From positions 40,804-104,803 of the forward strand of contig JAFUOQ010000003.1 in NCBI GenBank assembly GCA_017472695.1: a stretch of DNA of 64,000 nt, written 5' to 3'. Each line of letters starts with the position of its first letter. The stretch's first letter is position 1. The translations under genes and the position numbers were made by a program. Under the pieces are notes generated by a model. The model did not search any database and was not told the origin of the DNA. It saw nothing but the letters and a program-made list of their open reading frames with translations. Source of the DNA: Clostridia bacterium (GTDB taxonomy: Bacteria > Bacillota > Clostridia > Oscillospirales > CAG-272). Below are positions 20,487 to 30,700 of the stretch, in pieces.

Positions 20487-23126
20487 TTAGTCTTTAAATT
20501 CAAGCTCCCAAATTCTATCAAGTGGTGATGAATAAGGATTAGATACATCAGGGAATGACTCTGAGTCAATCACGTCTGAATTGTATGCATAAACTACGCT
20601 TCTTTGATATACAGGAAGCTCAACAGCTAGGTCAAGAAGCAAGCTCATTGCTTCCTTGTAGATAGCAGCACGCTCTTTCTCGTCAAGAATTTCTCTTGCC
20701 TCATCAATCTTTTCGCTGAGGTCGTCAAGAATAGCCTCTTGCTCTCCGCCCTCTGTTCTCAAGTATGAGTAGCCCCATGCTCTTGTACTTGATGCGGTTG
20801 AGTTCTTGTGGTATACCTGATACATATCAGGGTCAAGTGTTGAGCCCCAAGCAGCTGCCCAAACTGTAAGACCACCGCTTGAAAGCTTTGTAAGTGCTGT
20901 TGCATCAGGAACAACCGTGATGTCCCAGCCCATGCTGTTAAGGAGTGCTGCAGCGTCGATAAAGGTTTGGAAGGTTGGGTGGTCTGTTGATGCACCAGCT
21001 ATGGTAAATTCAATCTTTAATTTGTCGTCACCAGCCTTAACGCCTGCATCGTCCATAAGTGATTGAATCTTATTTCTTGCTGCTGCCTCACCATCAGCCA
21101 TACCGTCGCCATTAGCGTCCTTGCTCCAGTTACCGATGTAAGGATAGTCCTTACCATTTGCGTTATCAAATGAACCGTCCTCATTTGTTGGGTATGCCCA
21201 GCTTACTGTTGACATTGGCCAATAAATTTGCTCGGCTGTACCAGGACGATAGTAGTTTAGTGATGTTGATGTGTTCATAGCACACATAATTGCTTGACGA
21301 AGCTCAAGGTCTTGAATAATTGATGCGTTAATACCAATATAACCATAACCGAGCTGCTTTTCTTGAATAAAGTCAAAGCCACCCTTGTTGTCTCTTAAAT
21401 TAACTAATTTGTCATAGTTTTCATTTGTTAATTGAGGTGAAATATAGTGTACATTTCCACTCTCAAGAAGTGTAATCGCGTCAGCGGCTGGAAGTGCTTG
21501 ATAACGAACCTTTTCAATCTTTGCGTTTTCAATATTCTCGCCTACTGTTTCAAACTTATCGTTAGCCTTGAAGTAAACAACGTTATTTGCAAGGAAGCCT
21601 GTACCTGATGGATTGTCCTCGTTTTTAACGTTTGTTGCCTTGTATGCGCCAGCACCAACAGGAACTGCTGTCTTATTTGGATTTTGAATTATATTCTTCA
21701 TAAATTCATATTCACCAAATGCAACACCGAATTGGTTGCTTTCAATATCTACAGGATATTTGCTGTCGCCATAGTAATGTTGAGGTGCAACGGAGAAAGC
21801 GAAGTTCCATTTAGCTTTTGGATCTTGTCCCTCAATTGTAATTTGAAGAACGTCGTACTCGTCATCATTTTTAGGAGTTCCGTCCTCGTTGTGCTCTTGT
21901 GCGATTTTGTATGTTGTGCCGTTTACGTTAATTGATGTTTCGTCTGTGTTATGACCGAGGGAAACAATGCCTGAAATGTGGTCATACTTAAGTGTTCCGT
22001 CTGTGGACTTGTTTTCATCAAGAATTACACCCTTTGCCTCGGCTGTGTACTCTGTCAAGAGCTCTGCTGCTGTTGCCCAAGCGGAAAGAATTATATGAAG
22101 CTCTGTTTCAATCTTTGTATTGTATACATAGTCGATTGCATCTTCCTTTGTAGCTACAACATCCTTGTTGTAGTTTGCAGTTACAGACTCAATAACACTC
22201 TTATCATCTGTTTCCTTGCCGTTAACTACCTTTTTGCCCCACTTAATTGTAACGAAGCCCTCCTCGTGATACATAAAGCGAGCAATCTCGTCCTTGAAGA
22301 AATCATTTGACTTATATGGCTCGGACTCTGTATAAGCGCTTTGTGCCGCTACATAGTCGTCGTTCAATTCTTCCTTGAATAGCTTGAGTGCATATTCATA
22401 GTCCTCGATAAGTGTTTCGTTTGTTCCACCACCCGCAACTGCAGATACATATCCTTCTGATAGCTTCTTCTTTTTCTCGATAGCCTCTATCATTTCGTCA
22501 TAGGTTGCGTTATAACCGCTTTGTTCCTTACCAATAGACATAAATAGGTTGATAAGCTCGTTGATACGCGCTTGTGCTCTTTGAGTAGCCTGTTCAGTAA
22601 TAAGCTCGTCTTGGCTTGTGCCAGATGTTGCATTTGACTGGGTTCTATACTCGGTTAAGCCCTTAATCTTTGTTGAGTAGATTGTTGAAGAGCCCGTGTA
22701 GGATGGGTCAAGATATACATAGAGGTTGAAAAGCACGTCCTCCATTGTAAGTGGCTCTCCGTCTGAATACTTAATACCATTCTTTAAAACGAAGGTATAA
22801 ACTGTTTCATCGTTCTTTTTGTCATAGTCTGAAATTTCAAAGTCCTTTGTTACTGTTGCATGGTCCTCACCATATGCAACGTCAACTACACCCTTGACAT
22901 ACTCTGATGAGAGCATACCAATTTGTGTCATTGATACAATTGTACCATCAGCTGCTGTTGTTGAGAAGAATGGGTTGAATACACCATCAAAATCCTCTGA
23001 CATAATAACGAAGGCATCTGGCTTTTCACCATCACCTGTGTTACTACCACCACAGCTTGAGAAAAGTGCAACTGTACTCATACACATAGCAAGACAAAGT
23101 ACAAGTGCTAAAATTCTCTTTTTCAT
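20487..23126 (-). CDS. oppA: Large oligopeptide-binding lipoprotein (SBP family 5, 879 aa)
   Basis: Lipobox FSSC; FNPFF, SDGEPLTMEDV, PVGAGAY. Confidence 0.9.
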   Translation of the reverse strand: MKKRILALVLCLAMCMSTVALFSSCGGSNTGDGEKPDAFVIMSEDFDGVFNPFFSTTAADGTIVSMTQIGMLSSEYVKGVVDVAYGEDHATVTKDFEISDYDKKNDETVYTFVLKNGIKYSDGEPLTMEDVLFNLYVYLDPSYTGSSTIYSTKIKGLTEYRTQSNATSGTSQDELITEQATQRAQARINELINLFMSIGKEQSGYNATYDEMIEAIEKKKKLSEGYVSAVAGGGTNETLIEDYEYALKLFKEELNDDYVAAQSAYTESEPYKSNDFFKDEIARFMYHEEGFVTIKWGKKVVNGKETDDKSVIESVTANYNKDVVATKEDAIDYVYNTKIETELHIILSAWATAAELLTEYTAEAKGVILDENKSTDGTLKYDHISGIVSLGHNTDETSINVNGTTYKIAQEHNEDGTPKNDDEYDVLQITIEGQDPKAKWNFAFSVAPQHYYGDSKYPVDIESNQFGVAFGEYEFMKNIIQNPNKTAVPVGAGAYKATNVKNEDNPSGTGFLANNVVYFKANDKFETVGENIENAKIEKVRYQALPAADAITLLESGNVHYISPQLTNENYDKLVNLRDNKGGFDFIQEKQLGYGYIGINASIIQDLELRQAIMCAMNTSTSLNYYRPGTAEQIYWPMSTVSWAYPTNEDGSFDNANGKDYPYIGNWSKDANGDGMADGEAAARNKIQSLMDDAGVKAGDDKLKIEFTIAGASTDHPTFQTFIDAAALLNSMGWDITVVPDATALTKLSSGGLTVWAAAWGSTLDPDMYQVYHKNSTASSTRAWGYSYLRTEGGEQEAILDDLSEKIDEAREILDEKERAAIYKEAMSLLLDLAVELPVYQRSVVYAYNSDVIDSESFPDVSNPYSSPLDRIWELEFKD

Positions 23127-23170
23127 TTTGTTTTCTCCTTTTGTATATGTAAAATTTTAATAAGCATTAA

Positions 23171-24661
23171 TTATTCGGTTTCCTTTTGCTCGAACACCAA
23201 TATCAATTTATTGCCGTCTGCATCCTTTGTAATTATTAGGTTATGAATATCATATTCCTCTGCAATTACATTGTAGGAAATATCGCTTATGTCAATTCCT
23301 AGATCCTCACCATAGCCTTCAGCACAGAGGAGTGCAACCTCGTAGTCCTGCGTTTCTATAGCGTAAGAGGAGGCGCAAATATTAAGTGTTGCGTTTGTCA
23401 AGCTAACATTCTTAAATGGCTTTCTTGCTCCATCCTCATCTCTTGCGATAACTGCTGCAAACAACGCATATCTACCACCTGGGTATCTATATGTTTTATC
23501 AATTGTAGCTGATACGTTATCAAATGTAATATTCTCAATAACTGCATCCTCGGAAATACCGCCAAACATTGCAAAATATTGTCCGTTTGTGGATTTGATT
23601 TGAATATTGCTTATTGTATGACCGTTACCCTTAATCACACCTGTAAACTCATTGTTTTTAAATGCGTTTGGCCAAGTGATTCTTTCAGTAAATTCAAGGT
23701 CAGCCATAATTTCATAATTGCCATCTGCGCTTGCGTTATCATCAAGCTGGGAGGCTGTATAAATCTTAAACCATTCACCAATTTTTTCCTCATATTTGGT
23801 GTAAAGCTTTAGTGTATCATTTTGAATAGTAGCGGTCTCGCTATCATAAACAAATGGGAAAGTGTATGTACCGCTTGCCTTATTTTGTCGAGCTGAATCT
23901 ATATAAAAGCCGTCAAAATATTTTGTAACCTTAATTGTTGTAGATCCGTTTTCCGTCATGGCGACTGTGTCAACAACTTCTCTTTCCTGCCAGTCGCTAA
24001 CTGCTGCCAACGTGTTAAACTTTAAATAGCCTGTTTCACTATCAATTTCTGGCATAATTATTTTATTGCCATTGGTCGAGAGTGGCTTGGTTATTTCATA
24101 TGTGCCGATAAGTGTATCTACGCCCTTTACCTTTTCATATACCTCAACACGTGGGCATCTTACCCATGCGGCATATACAGTAATGGCAGGCTCATCAGCC
24201 GAATATTTTTTTGTTGGGTCAATTTCTATTATTTGTGGAAACTCAATTTTTCCAGAGTAGCTATATACTACATTTCCTAAATCGTCCTTTATTGCTTTTC
24301 CGTTTTCATCGGTCATTGCCGTCTTCTCTGTGTACCAGCCTGCATGGAAATATCCAGTGTTTGATGCAGTATCAAGAGGATACATATTAGCTTTTCCTCT
24401 CGATGGGTCATTCAAATCCACTAGCTTGATTTCCTTCATTCCGTTTTCATTGATTCTTACCTTGCCGATGTTGTAGGTATCATTAACATAGAGCTGTCCT
24501 GCGTTTCCAAAGAATCCGCCGTTTGCATCATATCTAATCGTTACCTTATATCCGTCCTCGTTGTATTCATCATACACATCGGACTCTGAACAGGAAGCAA
24601 CAAACAAGCACATAAGGAAAATTGCACCCGCAAGAATGAGTAATTTAATTTTCTTATTCAT
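23171..24661 (-). CDS. Hypothetical lipoprotein with a C-terminal beta-helix/GLUG-like region
   Basis: Lipobox FVASC; YDANGG; FTGVIKGNGHTISNI; ATG at 24661 preferred over 24706. Confidence 0.8.
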   Translation of the reverse strand: MNKKIKLLILAGAIFLMCLFVASCSESDVYDEYNEDGYKVTIRYDANGGFFGNAGQLYVNDTYNIGKVRINENGMKEIKLVDLNDPSRGKANMYPLDTASNTGYFHAGWYTEKTAMTDENGKAIKDDLGNVVYSYSGKIEFPQIIEIDPTKKYSADEPAITVYAAWVRCPRVEVYEKVKGVDTLIGTYEITKPLSTNGNKIIMPEIDSETGYLKFNTLAAVSDWQEREVVDTVAMTENGSTTIKVTKYFDGFYIDSARQNKASGTYTFPFVYDSETATIQNDTLKLYTKYEEKIGEWFKIYTASQLDDNASADGNYEIMADLEFTERITWPNAFKNNEFTGVIKGNGHTISNIQIKSTNGQYFAMFGGISEDAVIENITFDNVSATIDKTYRYPGGRYALFAAVIARDEDGARKPFKNVSLTNATLNICASSYAIETQDYEVALLCAEGYGEDLGIDISDISYNVIAEEYDIHNLIITKDADGNKLILVFEQKETE

Positions 24662-24731
24662 ATTTGTTCCTTTTCTTTGCGACCCACGTATTGTGCCACT
24701 CGGCACAATACGTCTGTCACTTTACTTATCC

Positions 24732-27700
24732 TTATTCGTTTTCATTAGTTTCAGAGGTTGTCACTGCTTCTTCAACAACTACGTCCTCTTTTAAAGCTTT
24801 TTTAGATTTTTTGCTTGATTTTTTCTCTGCCTTTTCAGCTTTTTTTATAGCCTTTTGTTGCTCCTTTTCCATTTTCTTTGCCTGCTTTGCAAGCTTTTTA
24901 AGGAGTCGTTTTTGCATTCTCTTCATTATGAAGGTTGCAATTATTACAGAGATTGATGCTTGTGTCTTTATGGAAGCAACGATGAGTGCGATAGCGATTA
25001 CTAAAGCTACTAGTAATACTGCACCTACGCAAGAAACAACAACGATTATTACAGCTAGACCAGAATTTGAATCCTCATTCTTTTCTTCCTCGTTTGTTTC
25101 ATTATCTGTTCCGTCCTCCGGAGCTGTACCATCTGGTGCTTCTCCATCGGTTGTATCATCATCCTGCAAGCTCTTTAATGCCAAAATTGTACTTTCAGCA
25201 GAAACTAGTGTGGAATAATTTGTAATAAGTGCCTTTTGGTCGTTAATGGCTGCTGCTATATCATATAGCTTTCTTGCGTGGATAACCGCTTCTTCGTCTT
25301 CAAGGGTGAGCTTTGCTGGAAGCTTGCTTATTGCCTCGATTGCCTCAAGGGTAGCATCCTGCTTTGCAACAATACCATCAACCACAGTTGTGAAATATTG
25401 TGAGTAAATAAATGTTTCGTAGTATAAGCCGTTTGTAGGTCTTACCATAACGAGCTCTGGGTTGCCATGTCCGATTTGATTTACAAAGCTTGCACCATAA
25501 TATGCGTTGGAGTATTTTCCGTCAGAAACGTTCCACATATAGTAAGGTACTATTCCGAGCCCCTCAAATACAAGAATGTTTCCGTTGTAGTCTGTAAATT
25601 CATAATCACCTGTTGCCGGAAGGTTTTCAAAGCTATCGTAATACGCGCTATCAAATTCCTCCTCCAAAACAGGAGCCTCATAGCTTCTAAAGATTACAGT
25701 AACTAGCTTGTCACAGTCATAGAATGCCTTGTGACCGATTGAGTTAAGAACCTCGGAGAGTGTTACTCTTACAACATCGCTACCTGCAAATGCCATAGCG
25801 GATATTCTAACTGTTTCATCAGCTATTTTAACGTTTTGAACCTCTGTTCCTGCAAATGTGATAAGCTCAAGTCCTAATGGAACTCTTTGGTAAAGTGAGC
25901 CATCAATTACTATTACATTTTCGCTAATATCAAAGCTGTAATTGTAATCAACATAAACCTTACCATTAAACTCCTTCTCTACCTTTTGGCTGAATGGAGC
26001 TAGCTTGCACATTGCAAATGGGTTATCACCAAGCTCTTGAAGTGCATCCCCTAGTGTAACTTCAAAGTCTGTTAGGCTTTCCTTTAAGAATGCCCAATCT
26101 CCTATAGATACACAGGATGAAAGGTCTGCACTGGTAAGTGCTGTGTATGCAAATGCATATGCTGAAATTGATTTTACCTTATCAAGGTTTTCAATATTTG
26201 TAAGTGATTCTGCATAAGCAAATGCACCCTCATTTACTGCTGCGCCATTTGTACCGAAGACAACAGTTGTTAGCTCCTTACAGTTAACAAAAGCATAATT
26301 GCCAACCACCTCGCAGGATGAGAGGTTAATTAATACAAGTGGTGCTTCTGCAAACGCTTGCAAGCCAATAACCTTAACGTTTTCAAGATTGATGCTTGTG
26401 AGCGCTGTACAGTTCATAAATGCGTTTGCTGAAATTTCGGTAAGCTTTTTACCGAGTGTAACTGTTGTAAGCTCATGACAGTTAGAGAACGCATCCTCGC
26501 CAATAAATGTAAGGCTTGAAAGGTTAATCTCTGTCAATGGAGCTGAATAGTAGTGATAAATGTAATAGCCGTTAGCATCGAGTGCAACAGATTGCGCGCC
26601 TTGGTCGGAATATGTATAAAGAATATCTCCGCTAAAGGCTCTATCACCTATTGATTTAACCTTTGATAAGTCAATTGACTTTAGGCATGGTGTATTATAG
26701 AAGGCTTGTGCGCCAAGTGTAGCGCCATCACCAAGAGTAACGCTCTCAAGCTTTGATGCGCCCATAAATGCGCTATCACCAATTACAACATTTTTACCGA
26801 TTGTAAGGCTCTTTAGCTTTGAGGTAAGCTCATAGTAATATACCTTTTGAGAGTAATTTGGATCTCTCTTCAATTCCTCTGTGTTATAGTTGTTATCTCT
26901 TGCAAGCATAAACGCTCCAAGACCGAGCACTGCATTATCGCCAATTGTAACAGATTTTATTTCCTTACACTCGGAGAATGCACCCTCTCCAACAACCATA
27001 TTTTCAGGGATATCTACGCTTGTAATCCTTGTGTATGCAAATGCGTAAGCACCAAGCTCCTTTATATTATTAAATGAAGGAAGTTGTGTTATGCCTGTTC
27101 TAAAGTATGCATAATCGCCGATTTCTGTAAGCTCACCTAGGGTGATATTTTCAAGCTTTGTGCAGTATGCAAAGGCATTTGCCCCAACTGCGGTTACGCT
27201 TGGAATATTAATTGAGGTTAGCTTACTATTATAAGCAAATGCGCCCTTACCAATTCTTGTAACGTTTGCGTTGTCTAGTGAGAACTCGCCCTCAAGAGTT
27301 GGAGAAACGAACAAGAGTGTTGTTCCATCGGCTGAAAGCACATAGTCACCATTTTCGGAAACTATAAATGAGTTGTTTTCCTCTACTAGATTGAAGCTTG
27401 AAATGTTTGTTCTTGTAAATGCAAATTCGCCAATTGTTGAAACGTCCTTACCGATAACAACGTTTTCAAGGCTTGTACAGCCAAGGAATGCTCCCTCTGG
27501 AATTACGTTTGCATTCATTTTGATTTCTTTAAGTGATGTACAGTAAGCAAATACGTATGGTCCGTATTTAACCTTTTCTGCATTGACTGTGATATCAGTT
27601 AAGCTTTCATTGTGATAGAATGCATATCCGCCGATAGACTGAAGCTTTTCCGGTAGGATTGCGCCCACTAGGTTATAGGACACTATTCTATCGTACATAT

Positions 27701-30700
27701 CAATTATGCCATCTTCGTTTGAATCCTCTCTTGTGCCGTTTTCAGCAAATGCGTAGTCACCAATTGCACACGCGTTATCAAGAGAAATTGTTCCCTCAAG
27801 GTTGCAATATGCAAATGCGTCCTTGTTTATAAGCTGAACGTATTCAAGTCCCTCAACCTTTTTAAGGTTTACACAGCCAAGGAATGCGCCGTATTCAATT
27901 GCCTCCATTGTTGAAGGAAGAACAACCTCCTCAAGAGCGGTAAGGTTTGCAAAGGCATATGGATTGATTTTCTTAACACCCTCTGGGATTATTACCTTTG
28001 TAATGGTGTTCTCACCAATGTACCACATCTTTGATGTGCTTGGGTCATCTGGGTCAAGCTCCCATGATTCCTTTGGAACATAATCAAAGTTGGAGAATGC
28101 AAATTGTCCAATTTCAGTAAGGAGCAAGGATTCAGGAATTTCTACGACCCCACCATTACCATAATAGTGAGTAAGTGTTGGTGCAGTAGTAACATATGGG
28201 TCCTTAACCTCTATGCTAACAGTTTGTGAGTAATATGTGCTCTTTCCATTGAGAAGCACCTTTACGCTTACCGAGGAATAGCCCTCATCAACTGCAACTA
28301 TTGTACCATCCTCTGAAATTGTAACTATTGAATCATCATTTGATTCAAATATTACTGATGTAATATCTGGGAAGTATGCATCAAGCTTATATTTAAGCTT
28401 AACAGATTCTGATGGATATAGTGTAATGCTATAATTCTTGCTTGGGAATATTGTAACGTCGCCTGTAACTCCAATCTCACGCTCATTACTATCAACTATG
28501 TAATATGCCTTGATTGTGTCATAGCCGATTAATGTGAACTCGTCAGCAACCGGCTTATCGTATTCAACATAGCCCTCGTCATCCTCACTTAATACTGTCA
28601 GCTTAAATGACGTTGTCGTATGGTCAACTGGGTCTGTTGCGAAAATTCTTGTAACACCAGGATTTAGTGCGATAACCTTGTTGTTAACAACAATTGCAAC
28701 ATTTTCGTTTGTTGAGTGGTATTTGAGAAGCTCTGTCCACTCTGTTTCCGGATAAATGTCAGGAGTTAGATTGTAAAGCTCGTTAGGGCTTAATACTACC
28801 TCCTCGGTTTCAAAGAAGAAATCTTCAAACTCATCCGGGAGTCCGATCTCATAGGTTGCATCATTTAGCGCGTAGTCGTAGCACGCAACAACGATTGAGT
28901 TAAGATTTACTGCATCATTCTTAATATCGAAAATGTAGTCGGTCAATTCAACCTCAACATATGAAATACCATTGTATTCAGAATATATTGGGGTCATATA
29001 TGAGCTGAATGGAACGAAGTTGTATTCCTTATCAACATAGCCGATTTGAGCTGCCATTGAATAGTGGTTATCGTAGATAGCCATTCTTGCATAAAGTCTG
29101 TTCTTTTCAAGGTCCTTGTCATACTCTGTGTAGAATTCACAGCCTGTGATTGCAGGAGCCTCAAAGTCAGTTGTGAATGGGAACTCAAAGGTGTTGTTTT
29201 GGTTGGTTTCAAGACCATCATTTTCATAGTCGAGATAGCCAACAACCTTTACTGTATATTTTGTATTGTTCTTTAGGTTGTGCTCTTTTGCATCAAACTC
29301 AACGTCTACGTTTGCAGGATATAGATATGAGCCACCATCTCCATAGGACTTACGAACGTCCTTTTCAACGGTTTCAAATACAACCTCGCCTGTTTGGTCA
29401 TCGGTTATTGTAACCTCTATCTTGCTTGCGTTACGTAGCATACCAGCCCAAATAAATCTGATTGAGTGGATTGTACCCTCTGTGTTTGAGATTGCAATAT
29501 AATCTCTGCTTGCAGAAATTACTTTGTTATTTGGGTTTTGGAGGAAGTAATATGAGCCAAGATAGCTAACATAGTCCTCCTCAATGCCACCGATTGGACG
29601 GGTAGCATATGCATCAGGTAATGTTTTATCAAGTGTTGGAATATTATCGTTTAATTCGTCTGCGTTTGTTTCAAAGTAGTCAAGGTCAAAGAGTGGCGCT
29701 TGTGTCCAGTCACCATAGAATGCAAGGTAAGGAACGTTCAAGGAAATATCTGTGCCCCATGTAGGAGTCAAGGTAACAAAGCCTTCAACGTACATACCAT
29801 TTTCAAAGCTTTCGTCGATATATTTCTTGTTTTCCTCTGTTAGAGTGATAGTAACTGTAACATTAGAAATTCCACCAGCTGGTACAGTTACGTTGTTGCC
29901 AACGAGTGTACCATTCTTAACCTTGATGTCTACGCCTGCGCCCTCAAGGAGATAGCCCTCCTCTGTAACAGTGGTTTCACCCTGGTGAGTTTTTACATCA
30001 CTAACGCCCTCTGTCATTACATAAGCTGAAATATCGTATGAATAGTATGTAGTACCAAAGTTTACAACTGAAAAGTTAAGTGTGTATACGCCTGTCTTTT
30101 CTGGATCGTCGCCAAGCTCAATCTTGGTCTTATCCATAGCCTCGCCTGTTAATCTATCGTGTGTAAGAATATACGCCTTGGTAACAGTTGCACTAGTTAG
30201 GTTTGCAAGACCTGCACCCTGCTTTCTTACCGCGTAAGGAAGGCCGTTTTTGTTGTATATAATATCGGCAGTTGACATCATAAGGCGATTAACGGTTGCA
30301 TTGATGTTTACATCGCGCTTGTACTCGTTTGTTTCGCCATCGCCGATGATTTTATCATAATTTTCTGTTACGTACTGACGAAGAAGAATTGTAACGCCTG
30401 CAAGGTTAGGACATGCCATTGATGTACCTGACAAGCGGTCGTAGCCACCACCTGTAATGGAGGAAAGAATGTTTCCACCGTGAGCGGTGATTTCCGGCTT
30501 GATGCCAAGTGATGGAGATGGTCCCCAAGATGAGAAGTCGGACATAAATGGTCCTGATGCTTGAGAACGGCTAACGGTGATAGTTCCAGAGCCTGCCGCT
30601 GCCAAAACCTCTCCGTCCTTTTGTGAAATTGAACAAACAGCAAGGCTTGATGTACCAACGTTCATTTTAATATCACCTGATACGTTGTTGAATATGATAA